Part shown: positions 41,661 through 56,468 of the stretch, piece after piece | Position numbering within the stretch: position 1 is the stretch's first letter | How the letters are laid out: every line of letters starts with the position of its first letter | DNA from: the human T2T-CHM13v2.0 reference genome, Homo sapiens | Reading direction: 5' to 3' (one strand) | Length of the DNA stretch: 64,000 nucleotides | NCBI RefSeq assembly: GCF_009914755.1 | Contig: NC_060928.1 | The notes under the pieces: model-generated | Databases searched by the model: none | Told to the model about the DNA's origin: nothing | The model's input: the letters and a program-made list of their open reading frames with translations, nothing else | Program-made: the position numbers and the translations under genes

Positions 41661-42511
41661 GTGGTGTTGATTAGGCTCTTTCGGGTTGCCAGGAAAAGAG
41701 ACGTGCTCTGGTGACTTGCATTAATGTGGTTCATTATGAGGAAGTAGGGAAGAACAGGAAGCAGTTTTAGCAGCTGCCTGGCGGGTCTGGCAGAGCCAGG
41801 AATGTCATTCAGGACATAGTATACCTCCAGCCACCTGTTCTTCTTGACATTGCTTCAACGGCAAGCATCTGTTGCTCCTTCTCTAGTGCTCTGCCAGTGT
41901 GATGACTCAGCCACGCTCTGCCCTGCTTTCTCTGCTCGTGCTGCTAAATCCTCTCTGCATTCCTTTTCTCTCCTCCATGGCTCCCGCTTAGTTGTGGCTC
42001 CTACTGCCGTGTGGATATGGCTTGCAGACTCCTCTCAGGACGTCTGCCTTTTTCGGCCCAACTTTTTGGCTTAGTCCTCTGATAAGTCTCAAATTCAAAA
42101 TGTGTGAAAGAGGCTTTGTTTGACTGGCCACTCATCATCCAGGGTACAGTGACCTCGCTGGGTGGAGCTCTGGCATCAGCCGCTGGCCACTGGACTCTCC
42201 ATGGATGGCTGCCTTTGGGTCGGGCATCAGTTCTCAGTTCAGTGCACCATAGCCAGGGAAGCAGGGTCCTGGCAGAAATCACATCCACCCACGCAGAGAG
42301 CACTGTCTGCAGCAGCTCTCATCCCAAGAGTGGTGTGGCAGAGGCTGGCACTCATGCCAGCGCTGACTTTCCTCCAGCATGATGTCCCAATGTATTGATT
42401 GCCATCCTAACTTTGACTGTGTCAACCATTCAGCTTTGCTACAAATCATGTCAGAGCTATGACAGATATTTGAAAACACATTTTTAGAGCTATTTAAAAT
42501 AACCAAAAGTT

Positions 42512-42773
42512 CACTTTGGGAGGCCAAGACAGGCAGATCACCTGAGGTCAGGAGTTGGAGACCAGCCTGGTCAACATGGTGAAATCCCATCTCTACTAAA
42601 AATACAAGAATTAGTCGGGCATGTTGGCAGGCACCTGTAATCCCAGCTACTTGGGTGGTTGAGGTACGAGATTCGCATGAACCTGAGAGGCAGAGGTTGC
42701 AGTTGGCTGAGATTGCACCACTGCACTCCAGTCTGAGTGACAGAGTGAGTGACTCTGTCTCAAAAAATAAAAT
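42512..42773 (+). mobile_element. AluSx-like, 5'-truncated by about 33 nt
   Basis: Starts at CACTTTGGGAGG; TSD AAAATAACCAAAA. Confidence 0.92.
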
Positions 42774-43948
42774 AAAATAACCAAAAATTAAAAACAACTT
42801 GAATACCAGAGGAAAAGAAAATACTTGAATAAATTTTAATATATTTGTAAGGAATATCATACAACTGTTCAAAAATATGACTTGGAGAACATCGTGACAA
42901 GGGAAAATGCCCACTGATATACTGTTCAATAAAAGTCAGTGTATGCAAGTTATATAGTATCATTACTGAATTAATTATACACATTCACATATAGAATATA
43001 GAGAGAATAAACTGGAAAGATAAGCTGACAGTGACTGTTGATGGTGGGATGATGTGTGAGTTTTATGTTCTTTCTTATGCATTCATTGTATTTATTAACC
43101 TTTCAAAAGCTAAAAAAAAAAAGTAGTTCTCAATTATAAGATATAGAAAGCAGTATATAAGACCACATTATTTCAGTAGGCAAAGCCCATAAATTGGTTT
43201 GACAAAAAGTACAAGATATCTCGGATCCCATTTCCAGTAAAGAAGCAACATTTCCTTTCTTATTCATGACTATATTAGCAAAGAAAACAAAGATGACAAT
43301 GAAATCAAAAGCATGACAGAGTAACAGGATGCACAGTGCCTACTCATGAACCCTGGGCTGTAGCTCTTAGGAGGATGTCTGGGTTGTCAAAGTACAATTC
43401 TATTTGGTGGATGGAACATGGGAGATGGCCTTCGGAAAACTATAATCCAACAGGAAAAAATGGAAATAACAGAAGATAATACAAAGGAGTATGGGAGCCC
43501 AGAAGACATGGTTAACTCTGCCTGTGAGAGGGAGGGGAAAATTTAGAAGGTTACCAACCTTTGAGCTGAGGCTTAAGTGATATTTATTGAATTTTCAAGG
43601 GAGTCCCGCAAAAAGGGGCACTTTTCTTCCATACTTGAATTATCAGCTGATTGAGAAATAAGATCAGAGAATAGAGCAGATGGGAGACCAAACTATCACA
43701 TTTACTTGATAAAGTTGATATCGAAGAAGACTTTATAGCTTCAGGTAAGGTAAGTGGGTTTCCAATTCTGAACTCAGAAATAGACAGATTTATCCATCCA
43801 GTATTGCTAGGCCACAGCAAGCTTTATAATGGAGGGCAAGGCCCTTGGAAAACCTACACAGCAGAATCAGAGGAGAACACGTGTTCTCAACAGGCAGACT
43901 TACTCCAAGAAGAAAAGGAGAGGAAGAAGCTGAAATGCACACGCCTAA

Positions 43949-44437
43949 TGTGGTGGGCTGAGTGTGCCCCACACACCCACACATACTATGCGTTTATATA
44001 GAGAAAGACATACATACACATATAGAAAGAGTCTGTAAATGTGAGCTCATTTAGAAAAAGGATCTTTGCAGATGTAATTAAGTTAAGGACCTTGAGATGA
44101 GATCATCCTGGATTAGAGTGGGCCCTAAATCAAATGGCAGGTGTTCTTAGAAGATAAGAGCAGAAGACAGACAGGAGAAAGCCTTGTGAAGATGAAGGCA
44201 GAAACTGGTGTGATGCATCTACAGGTTAAGAAACCTGGATTCAAACCAAAGATTTCAGAAACCCAGCACCCAAAACCAGGAGAGAGGCAGGGAATGAATT
44301 CTTCCTTAGAGCCTACAAAAGAAACCAACCCAGTCCACACATTGATTTTGGACTTCTGGCCTCCGGCACTGCAAGAAAATCCATTTCTGTTGCTTTAAGT
44401 TACCCAGTTTCTGGTAATTTGTTACAGTAGCCATATA
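43949..44437 (+). mobile_element. MLT1C-like solo LTR with a CA-rich simple tract near the 5' end
   Basis: TGTGGTGGGCTGA start; tctttgcagatgtaattaagttaagga..ttgagatgagatcatcctggatt; ttggacttctggcctcc. Confidence 0.8.
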
Positions 44438-44965
44438 CTCAGTTTCTCCTAAACTCAGCAGGCTGTGAGTGGAGAGAGGAGGGGAAGGACAGATTATTCC
44501 CCAAGTGGAGCTTCCTCCACCTAGAAAATACTATGAGTGGGGAAGACACATCTCATTCAAAAATAATAATAAAAGCCAGTAACATTTTTCAAGTGCTTGC
44601 TAGACCAGCCACAGTTTTGAGTGGTTTTATAAAGACTACACCAGGGACTATGTAGAAGAAGGGAATTCTAGGCCAAGGGGAAAAGCTCTGTGGGGTTTCC
44701 CCATCCCACACACTTCCTCATCTATTCCTATGCAACTTCCACCCATTTCATGGACATTTATTTGGTCAAGGACAAAATACTTCCCACACACTTCCTCATC
44801 TATTCCTACACAACTTCCACCAAGGACATTTACTTGGACATTTACTGTGATTTACAGCTTTGAATCTTCAGGTATCCTACATCCTCTGATAACAAAAATA
44901 CAGGCAGTGTTTGTTTAATTATAAAATTTTTATAAATATCATATAAGGCTTATGAAAAACATGGG

Positions 44966-45419
44966 CGTATTAGTCAGTGTTCTGCAGAGAAACAGAACCA
45001 ACAGGATGTATATAAATAAATAAACAAACACACATACACACAGAGAAAGAGAGCGATTAAAAGCTTAAAATAAGGAGTGGACTCACCTGATTGTGGGGGC
45101 TGGCAAGTTCGAAATCTGCAAGGCAGGCCAGCAGCCTGGAAACCTAGGGAAAAGTTGATGTTGCAATCTTGAGTTCAGAAAAAATCTGGGGGTAGAATTT
45201 CTTCTTCCTCAGGGGACCTCAGTCTTTTTTCTTAAGGCCCTCAACTGACTAAAGGAGATTCATTCACATTATGGAGAGGAATCTGGTTTCCTCCAGGTCT
45301 ATTTATTTAAATATCAGTCGCATGTAAAAAACACTTTCACAGCAACATTTCGGCTAGTGTTTGACCAAACTAATGTTATCATAGCCTAGCCAGGTTGACA
45401 CATAAAATTAACTATTAAA
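44966..45419 (-). mobile_element. MLT2D-like ERVL solo LTR
   Basis: GTATTAGTCAGTGTTCTGCAGAGAAACAGAACCAACAGG...GTTGACACATAAAATTAAC; TSD ATGG(G/A). Confidence 0.82.
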
Positions 45420-45424
45420 ATGGA

Positions 45425-46035
45425 CTTTTTTATCTTTTATTCATTTTTTACATTGTGGTAAAATACACATGAAATAAAATGTATCATCTTAACCATTTTT
45501 AAGTATCCAGTTCTATGGCATTGAGTGCATTCACATGGTGCAACCATCACCGCCATTCATCTCCAGAACTTTTTTCATCTTGCAAACTGAGATTCTGTAC
45601 CCATTACACAATAGATCCCCATGTTCCTCTCTTCCAGCCCCTGGAAACCACCATTGTCCTTTCTGTCTCTGTGAATTTCACTACTCTAAGTACCTCATAT
45701 GAGTGGGATCACACAGTGTTTGTCTTTTTGTGACTGGCTTATTATACCTACCGTAATGTCTTCAAGGTTCATCCATGTTGTAGCATATGACAGGATTTCT
45801 TTCTTTTTTAAGGCTGAATAATATTCCATTGTATGTATAGACCACATTTTGTTTCTCTGTTCATCTGTCACTGGACATTTTGGTTGCTCCCACCTTTTGG
45901 CTATTGTGAACAATGTTGCTATGAGTATTGGTGTATAAGTCTCTGTTCAAATCCCTGTTGTTAATTATTTTTTGTGTGTATGTCCAGAAGTGGAATTGCT
46001 GGCTCATATAGTAATTCTATGTTTAATTTTTTACT
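45425..46035 (-). mobile_element. L1MB-type 3' end
   Basis: ttgtggtaaaatacacat..aaaat.tatcatcttaaccatttttaag; peptide FTIAKRWEQPKCP..DE..NKMWSIHTMEYYSALKK. Confidence 0.88.
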
Positions 46036-46076
46036 GTTTTACTATGTTATAGTCAGCATTTTAAAATTTGTATCAG

Positions 46077-46384
<308 letters not shown>

Positions 46385-46514
46385 AAAACTTGTATCAGAA
46401 GACAGGACAAACAGTTGCCTAAGAAAGCCAATATATACATTAGTACTCAGATTGCAGCCACACATCCAAAGGTGGGCAAAAACACTCAAAGACCAATCAA
46501 AATACATTATGGAT

Positions 46515-47040
46515 ACTGCAGGTTGACTATCCAGCCTCCACTCTACCCTTCTTCTTTCCTAAGAGAACCCTAGTTTTATTCATATAATCTCCTCTTTCCT
46601 ACAGAGTCATGTTCCTTGGGGTAAACAAACACTAGCTTTAGGAATGGGTCTGATTGATCTGAGGAGAATTCCATTGCCCTTGTCAGCAGTTAAGACATGC
46701 TTAGGCACATAACCTCATTTTGGCCAAGAAAATTAAAGAGAATTCTGGAGTGAGACTCCTGGAAAATTATTCTTCATTCTTAAGAAAGCACCATAGGAAG
46801 AGGCCCTCCTATTCTCCCTTTGGCATTGCCATTCCTGCATGTAACTCCTGGAACTGGCATAGCCAGGCTGCCACTAACATGAAGATGAAGCCCACATCAA
46901 TGGTGGAACAGTGGAGAGATGGAAAGTATCCAGGTTCTTGATGTTAACATCACTGAACTGCCTAATGGACTCAGTTGGGAGCCCGCCCTACACACTTTGA
47001 TCTACTTGATGACAAAACAAATTGACAACAAGTTTTGGCC
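46515..47040 (+). mobile_element. MLT1K/J-like ancient LTR
   Basis: cccttcttctttcctaagagaaccc...cctggaactggcatagcca...gagagatggaaagtatccaggttcttgatg. Confidence 0.55.
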
Positions 47041-47462
47041 TTCCGTGAAAAATCAATCTGCTTATTAATATGAAAAAAATAAAAACAAAGAAAAAGGATA
47101 AAGGTGAAAAAAAAGTATAAATTGCTCACAATCCCACTGTGTTAGTGAGAGTTCTTGGTGGCAAGCAACAGAAACCAACTCTGATTCACTTAGGCAGAAA
47201 CATACTGGATCGGATGGATTATCAAGGAACTGACAAAACCAAAGGCAGGAGAACCAGGAGTCTTTCCCATGAGAACCAGATCTAAGCTTATCCCAGTGTT
47301 CACGCTACCATTGGAATCAGCAACACTGCATCCACGGCCACCATTCTCACTGTTTCGGCTGTCACTAGTACTATCACTACTGCATACTGCACTGGCATCA
47401 TCTCTGCCACCACCGCTGTGATGATCTGCTTGCTGACTTTCCAGACTTTCCAAGTATCACAC

Positions 47463-47964
<502 letters not shown>

Positions 47965-49689
47965 TGCCATCATCCAAGTTTCGGAATTTCAGCGTCAGTG
48001 TCCAAGCCTAGTTCATGTGACTACAACCATGTTGCTATGCAGTGAGCATTGAAGGGTCTCCCTCTTCAGCTTCCACATACAACTAAGGCACTCTAGCCAA
48101 ACTACACACAATGGGAAATTGCCCCCTAATAGGAGCCACATCAGGGATAATGACTCTGAGCTGTTCCTCCAGTCTTTCTTCCATGCATAATACTGGGGTT
48201 GGGATGCAAAAATGACTTTATGTTTCTTAGCATAGTTTTTTGGTGCTTAGAAAATACACAACATTCTCAAGTGAAATTCCCCCCCAAATTTCTTCCTAAC
48301 CAGCCTCACGCCCTGATGTCTGACTGTGTAACCCCCTGCAATACATGACTCGAGAAAATGATATAATTTAAGTCAATCACATGTTAAATTTATACTTTTA
48401 TTGCCAATATTTGAGCTGTGACCAATTACACACTTTGTTAATTATTTTCTAAAATCATTGTGGTTTGCCTTTGAAAGTCCATGGATATCCAAGTCATTAT
48501 AGGCAAGAAGATTGACAGCCAAAAACCCGTACACATTCTAATGACAAAATCCTACCAGAGAATCAACACCAATACTATTTTTTAAAAACCCAGAGTGTGG
48601 AATGCACTAAACCACTGGCTGATTTCACTTTAAGAGTAATACTTATAGAAAGGGGAAAAGCTTTTGAAGTGTAAGCAGTTTAACAAGGAGAGAAAATAGA
48701 CATTCAAACGAATCATAAATGGAAGGAAACTGTAGAACAATGCAATGTTCAAACTGGCCATTCAGGGTAACTTCTTCTTTTTTTAAATTTAAACTATGTT
48801 TACTTTAAATTTAAATAGTTTCATCTTTCACAAAGCATAGTCAGAAGTCACTTTTTAAAAAATTTCACTTTCTTTAATGGCAAAATAATTACACCTTAGC
48901 TGCAGGTTTATTCGTAGTTTGGCTCTGTCTTCATAAAGCTGATTCAGTTGACAGTTGCCAAGGTGATGGCCTTTTTACAAGACACTTTGTTTACGGAGAA
49001 GAGTTAAAGGATAAGCACTTTTCACTTGAGACTTTCTAGAAAAATGATACTTGCATTTGCCATACATGCCACCCCAGGTCAAATTTTAAAGACAAGAGAA
49101 CGAATAGATGTTGTGAGACTTAATTAAATTAAGGACAAATGTACTCTGTAAACAAAAGCTTTAGTTTCCTAGCCGGTGTCTATTTTTCAACCCTGTACTT
49201 TTTGACTGTTTAAGCTGTGAAACACAGAGCTCATTGTTGCCTCTAAGATTTGAAGAAATATACTTCTTATTACATGACTCAAGGAGCAGACATAAGTAGT
49301 CAAAATAATCACATAAAGAGAAAATTTTGAAAATTATTTGTTTTAATTTATTTGAAATGCATTGATCCACATCACCTCCTACCAGATGAATTAGTGTTAT
49401 GTTTGCACAGATGTTTACCATCCATTATTGTTGTTATTATTGTTATTAAAGAAATCACTGCAAATGGTAGGAACATCCAGAAGGATAAACTCAAATCTAC
49501 TATTCTGAGTAGAACCAGTTACCCTACTTTCAACCTTCCTAAGCTGCTATATTTCTTGAGGAAAATTCTCACCACCCAATTCCCACCTTCTCACCTCAAT
49601 AGCTAGTAGTATGACGTCAACAAGCAGAGCTTTTCTGTAGCCAGGCTGCCACTAACATGAAGAGGAAGCCCAGATGAAGATGAATTCCT

Positions 49690-50077
49690 ATGCTCAGGCA
49701 TAGGAATGTGATGTAATGGGACCCAATGGGAGTACTGCAAGGGCTTCTGAGTAGATGTTCCTCATTTGTAAAAGAAGACACAAGACAGAGCCATTCCATT
49801 CTTCTCCTCTGGATTCTATCATCTGTGAGTACAGCCTGAAACTGTCATGGACATCTTGTTAAAATGTGGACAAAAACCAACATGCTGGATATGACAGAGT
49901 GGAAAGTGAAATTTAAAAAAAAAAACCCTAGGGCCATGATGGCATTGCTAAGCAGCTGAAGTAACCCTGGAATCACTTTTCCTCCAAATGTATTTCAAGA
50001 GATACATAATGTGTTTTCATCATTTAAACAACTTGGAGTTATTTTCTGTAACTTAAGGCAAAAGCACCCCAGCTGAT
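49690..50077 (+). mobile_element. MLT1J/K-like LTR, 5'-truncated
   Basis: gggcttctgagtagatgttcctc...gacagagtggaaag...ttttctgtaacttaaggcaaaagcacccc. Confidence 0.5.
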
Positions 50078-50607
50078 TGTGACGTGTTGCAAAAATGGCC
50101 ACCATTCTTCTTCCCTCCCTGTATCTACAGCCTATGCAATGCAACTCTGCCTCTCCTTTCAAGAGACAATTTATTCATCCCTTGAATCTGGGTGAGGCTT
50201 GTGACCTGCCTGTGGCAATAAAATGTAGCAGAAGTAACAGTGAAAAGTTCAGAACCAGGGCTTCAAGAGGCTTTACATACTTCCTTTCTCACTTGTAGAC
50301 TCCTAATGCCATTATATAAAGAAGACGAGGTTAGACTGTGGAGGAAGAGAGATCCTGTGGAGAGTGACCTAGTTTTTCCAGCTGTCTCCGCTGAGCTGTC
50401 AAACCACAAAGCCCCAGTCAACTTATTAGCTGATCATAGATACTTAAGTGAATTCAGTCAAGATCAGCCAAGCCAGCTCAGACCAGAACTGCCCAGGAAT
50501 CCCAGCCCAATTGCCAAACTACAGAATTAAGAATGAAATAACTGGTTGCTACTTTTAACCATCATATTGTGGGATTACTTGTTACATAGCAAAAGCTAAT
50601 TGATACA
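50078..50607 (+). mobile_element. MLT1G-like solo LTR
   Basis: TGTGA...CAAAAATGGCCAC...CCCTTGAATCTGGG...TTGTTACATAGCAAAAGCTAATTGATACA. Confidence 0.75.
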
Positions 50608-51468
50608 TAGATAAAAGCAAAACTCTAGGTTATTGCTAAGAGCAACAACTTCCCTTAAGTGCATGTTGCATTATGTAATCATTGAATATATATTTATCTT
50701 GGAATTGGAAATAGATCCATATGTGTACTGCCAAAATTAAATCATTAAATATATAGTACAGGTGATACTCTTTCACAGGTGTGGAAATGGAACAATTGAA
50801 GGTAATAATGGCATCCTACCACCATTTCCTATTTTTGACCTATTGTAAGGTTGTCCCTGTTAATGGGAGACAGGAGAGAATAGAAAGAAAGAATGGCTAG
50901 TATAAAACTGTGCACAATCTGAAACCATTCATATTTGGCATCAGCAAACTGTATTTGTGTGCGTTCATGAACCCAATCTTTTCTTCTTTCCTTGGACTGG
51001 CATGAGGGTAAATTGCATTCTCCATGCACTCAGTAATCAAGTGAGGAATACGCAGCTTAGAAATTGTCTCACAGGTAGGGACATGCAACCTGCAATCAAA
51101 TGAATTATAAAATTTTAGAGCAGAAAGCCTTAGAAAATGCCTAGTTCAACTTCCCCACTCCCTAGTTCAATGCAGTCATCTTCTTTGTAACATTGATTCC
51201 ATTCAGCAATCATTTATGGGGTATCTCTTATGTGCAAGTGACTATGCAGCAGGGAATTCAGGAAGAGTAATGAACATCCCTGCCTTCAAGGAGATTACCA
51301 TTTGATAGTGAAGGTAAAAGACTTACATAAATAAGATCCCAGTGCAAACTGTTAAGGAGACCTAAATATTAGACCTAAATACTAGGATTTCAAGGGAAAA
51401 GAGATCTCTCCTAGTGTACATAGGAAAGAGGTAGAATGGGAAAAGAGGCATCCATAAAGATGGATATG

Positions 51469-51705
51469 GGCTGGGCATGGTGGCTCACTCCTGCAATCCT
51501 AGCACTTTGGGTGTCCAGGGCAGGTGCTTCACCTGAGGTCAGGAGTTCAAGACCAGTCTGACCAAGATGGTGAAACCCCATCTCTATAAAAATACAAAAA
51601 TTAGCTGCCCATGGGGGCACACGTCTGTGGCCCCAGCTACTTGAGAGGCTGAGGTGGGAGAATCGCTTAGATCCAGGAGGCAGAGGTTGCAATGAGTTGA
51701 GATGG
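51469..51705 (+). mobile_element. AluS, 3'-truncated with no poly(A) tail
   Basis: Alu sequence stops after GAGTTGAGATGG; flanking GAT(G/A)GATATG repeat. Confidence 0.9.
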
Positions 51706-51923
51706 GATAGATATGCATTTATCACATGATAGTGAAGAGGGAGCAGAAAGTTCCAGATTGAGGAATTATGAGCATAGTATGGAGATAGAAAACAATAAAC
51801 CAGTGTGTCAGGAGTATCAAATGCTGATAATAACGTTCATCATTTATTATATAAGCATTCTGAATTTTAACCTTCACACTTTTCCTCTCCTGTCTTCTTC
51901 ATGTAAGTAAAAAGCCTGTCCCT

Positions 51924-52960
<1,037 letters not shown>

Positions 52961-53802
52961 TGCATTAGTATTAGTTTCCTGTTGCGGCTGCAAAAAATTA
53001 TCACAAACATAGTGGCTTAAACAACACAAATGTATTGTCTTAACACTTCTGGAGATCAGAAGTCTGAAATGGGTCTTAATGGGTCTCACTAAAGCTAAGA
53101 TTTCAGTAGGACTATGTTCCTTCTTGGGGCTTTAGGGGAAAATTCATTTCCTTCCCTTTTCAGCTTTTTTTTTTTTTTTTTTTTTTGAAATGGAGTCTTG
53201 CTCTGTCAGCCAGACTGGAGTGCAGTGGCATGATCTCAGCTGACTGCAACCTCCACCTCCCAGGTTCAAGTAATTCTTCTGTTTCAGCCTCCTGAGTAGC
53301 TGGGACTACAGGTGCATGCCACCACATCCAGCTAGTTTTTTTGTGTTTTTGGTAGACACAGGTTTTCACCATATTAGTCAGGCTGGTCTCGAACTCCTGA
53401 CCTCAGGTGATCCACCGACCTCAGCCTCCCGAAGTACTGGGATTACAGGCACGAGCCACCACGTGCAGCCTCTTTTCCAATCTCATAGGAAAAGATTCTG
53501 CATTCCTTGGCTTGGGTCCCCCTTCCATCCTCAAAGTCAGCAGCAGCCGGTTGAGTCCTCCTCACATGGCATCACTCTGACACTCTCCTGCCTCCCTCTT
53601 CCTTCTTTTAAGGACCCTTGTGATTCCACTGGGCCCACCTGGATAATCCAGGCTGCTGTCTCTATTGCAAAATCAGCTGATGAGCAACCTTAATTCCATC
53701 TGCAACCTTAACTCCCCTTTGCCATGTAACCTACCATGTTCATAGGTTTTGGAGGCTAGAACATGGACATCTTTTGGGGGTGGCATTATTCTACCTCCCA
53801 CC
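52961..53802 (-). mobile_element. MLT1D/C-like solo LTR interrupted by an Alu
   Basis: gtattagtttcctgttgcggctg...tggcttaaacaacacaaat...ttctggagatcagaagtctgaaatgggtct...ggcattattctacct. Confidence 0.8.
53165..53470 (-). mobile_element. AluSx-like
   Basis: T tail, full dimer, GACCTCAGGTGATCC. Confidence 0.94.
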
Positions 53803-53924
53803 CCACAAACACTAGAAGGTAAGTTTCATGAGGGGCAGAACTGGGCCTCCTTCATCATTCTCCCATGCCTGGCACATAGCAATGTATATTACTCCATATA
53901 CATTAGTTAACTAAATTCTTGAAT

Positions 53925-54150
53925 GCAACCTACTGTTCCAAGAGCTTTACATGTATTATCCCAATTCCATCATCACAACTACTCTAAGAAGTAAGAACAA
54001 TTTGTATCCTCATTTACATTTGAGGAAATAGAAGCACAGAGAAATTAAGTAACTTGTCTAAGGTCACATAATTAGCAAGTGCCAGAGCCAGGGCACAAAC
54101 AGAAGCACACAAACTCTAAGGCCTGTGCTCTTGACCACTGTGCTACATCC
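53925..54150 (-). mobile_element. MIR
   Basis: gctttacatgtattatc...tgaggaaatagaagcacagaga..ttaagtaacttgtctaaggtcaca. Confidence 0.75.
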
Positions 54151-55165
54151 TCTTCATCAGGGAGTCATGGAAAAGATAAGGTAGGGCCCCAGTAGAACCT
54201 TCCTTGAATGAACTTTGGTCTAAATGGTAAGCACCAGCTGGGAGAATGCCATTCTCTCTCACACATGCCTATTCAGTCTGTGTCTAGATACTGTTGATGG
54301 AGACCAACTCACTATTTGAGGAGGAAGCTTACTTCAATCTTTCAGCCAGGTCTGCTTTTGGTCCAGCTAACCACAGCCACCCACAGATTCCTGAGGATAC
54401 TTTCAAGCTAAATGCAAACTCATTTTTCCTGAGCAGGCCTTCTACACAAAATCTTTCTCTGCTTTCCTACCCTGGTAAACTGGGCTGGGCCTTGAAGTAA
54501 CTGTGGGACCCCACCACCACCTTCACTTCCATACTAGATCAGAGCCAGCCTCAGCAATCAACTTATGTGGGCTTTCTCCTGGATTCCACTCTGCTTTCAC
54601 TCAAAGACCAAAAACCTCTACTCTACACACAATACCCCTTGCTCCAAAACTCAGCACCCAGAATGCCTCAGAGGAGGGAGAGTAAGTGAGGGACTTTCAT
54701 AACCATTTCCCTTCATTCCTCCCCCAAATTTCTAGCTCCCAGGCAAGGAGAGGGGGTGGATAAGGCTTTGTTCTAAAAGAACCCCATTGAGTATTTGATG
54801 AATATCAGGGCCCCTCCCTCAGGAGGGTGGAAAGGAGAATGGAGAGTGGGTGGCCAACAGACAGTATTTCTCTTTTTCTGGCCAATAATCCAGAAAATGG
54901 ATAATTCCCGCAAACATAATCAAGTTAGTATTCCATGTGTAATTTGGCAGTAGACTTGCTAGTCAACCAATGACTTAAATTGCATGTGGGATTTTTAAAG
55001 GAAAATTTACTTAGTCATTTTAATAAGAATATTCCTTGGAGAAAAATTTTTCAAAGAAAACCAATAAGGCTAAGGTCAAAATATTATCTCCAGGTCTGTG
55101 TCATATAAGCTGTCCAGAGTACATTATCTCCCCTTTGATCCAGCTACCTTACCCACACATCCACA

Positions 55166-55167
<2 letters not shown>

Positions 55168-55205
<38 letters not shown>

Positions 55206-55232
55206 GTCCCCCCTCTCTTTCTCTCTGTCTGC
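55168..55232. repeat. (CT)n microsatellite / polypyrimidine tract
   Basis: Read directly. Confidence 0.9.
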
Positions 55233-55459
55233 TATACACACAAATATACACACTCAACCATCTCAACCATACACATGCATCCATTCATATAGACACTCAT
55301 GCACTTCCTCCTGGTATCTCCCAGTTACCCAGGAATTCTCCTGGCCCTTCTCCTGGATGTTGTCCTGCTCTTCATGTGCAGACACTTGCATAATGGCAGC
55401 ACTGGAGTTGCTGAGGGCCAACCAAGTAGACTGTGGGTATCAGTCCCTATGCATAAGTT

Positions 55460-55565
55460 GGTTTCTCAGCTCCACCACTTAATATCTATGTGACTTCAGG
55501 CAAATTAACTTCTCTGAGCCTCTGTTTCTGTGTCTGAAATTGGCAAAGTAATACCTATCTCATGC
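55460..55565 (+). mobile_element. MIR
   Basis: ctcagctccaccactta...ggcaaattaacttctctgagcctctgtttc. Confidence 0.65.
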
Positions 55566-55760
55566 TAAATATTGAGCAACAACTATGCAACCAGCATTGT
55601 TCTGGTGCTGGGGGTACAGCAATAAAAAGGATGAAATTCCTGCTCTTGGGAAGCTTATCTTCTAATGGGGAGGAAATGGGTCTCTACCAAAAAAAGATGA
55701 TTTCAGATAAAAACTATTAAAAATAGAACACAATAATATGATAGAAATTTAAGGGGAAGA

Positions 55761-56468
55761 TGTGGTAGGCAGCTTCAAAGATGGCCACTAATGATCCTCG
55801 CCTCCTGATATTCATCCCCTTGTGTGTTCCTCTTCATGTTGAGTGGGCTAACCCAGGTAACCAATAAGATGTAGCCACCATTGGCATCTATATCTACTTT
55901 GTGTTTAAAAATCAACTGGTAATTCTGAAACACTGTAGAATGGATAAAAATTATTTTGTGATCATAACTCTTTGTTGAACTAGAGTATTTTTGCAGCATT
56001 CCTTGTCATCAGAAACATGGTTACAATTTAAAACTAGAAGCAGCAGAATAAGGCAATGGGAGGGTGTTATGTCCAAGGACAGGTCATGAAAGACATTGCA
56101 GCTACCAAATCACTCTCTTGGGTCACTCATTCTTGGGAAACGAACAGCCACGTTGAGAGAACACTCAAGTAATTTAACAGACAGTCCTAGGGTGAGGTGG
56201 TGATGAATGAAGCCTCTTGCCCATAGCTAGCACCAAGCTTGCCAATGGCCAGAGCCAACCTATCATGTTGAAAGTGATCGTCCAACCCTGGTCAAGGCTT
56301 CCGAAGACTGTAGCCTGCAGATTCATAAGAGACGTCAAGCCAGAACCACCCAGCCAAGTTGCTTCACAATCCCTGGCCCATAGAAACTATGAGATGATAC
56401 ATTTTATTATTGTTTTAAGCCATGAAGAGTTGAAGTAATTTGTTACACAGCAATAGATAATGTATACA
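55761..56468 (+). mobile_element. MLT1F-like solo LTR with an internal foreign segment
   Basis: TGTGGTAGGCAGCTTCAAAGATGGCC...ATTTGTTACACAGCAATAGATAATGTATACA. Confidence 0.78.

Noticed and set aside
41660-42420. GC-richer block with several overlapping ORFs
   Set aside because: No CpG island or coding signature; probably an ancient LTR remnant that I cannot name reliably
42279-42929. Longest ORF (216 aa)
   Set aside because: The middle is antisense Alu translation (LECSGAISA...); the rest has no recognisable domain
44704-44846. Repeat-spacer-repeat pattern resembling CRISPR
   Set aside because: Only two units, primate context, no cas genes; explained by local duplication
55036-55482. 148-aa ORF
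   Set aside because: Kept open by (CT)n and CA-rich low-complexity sequence
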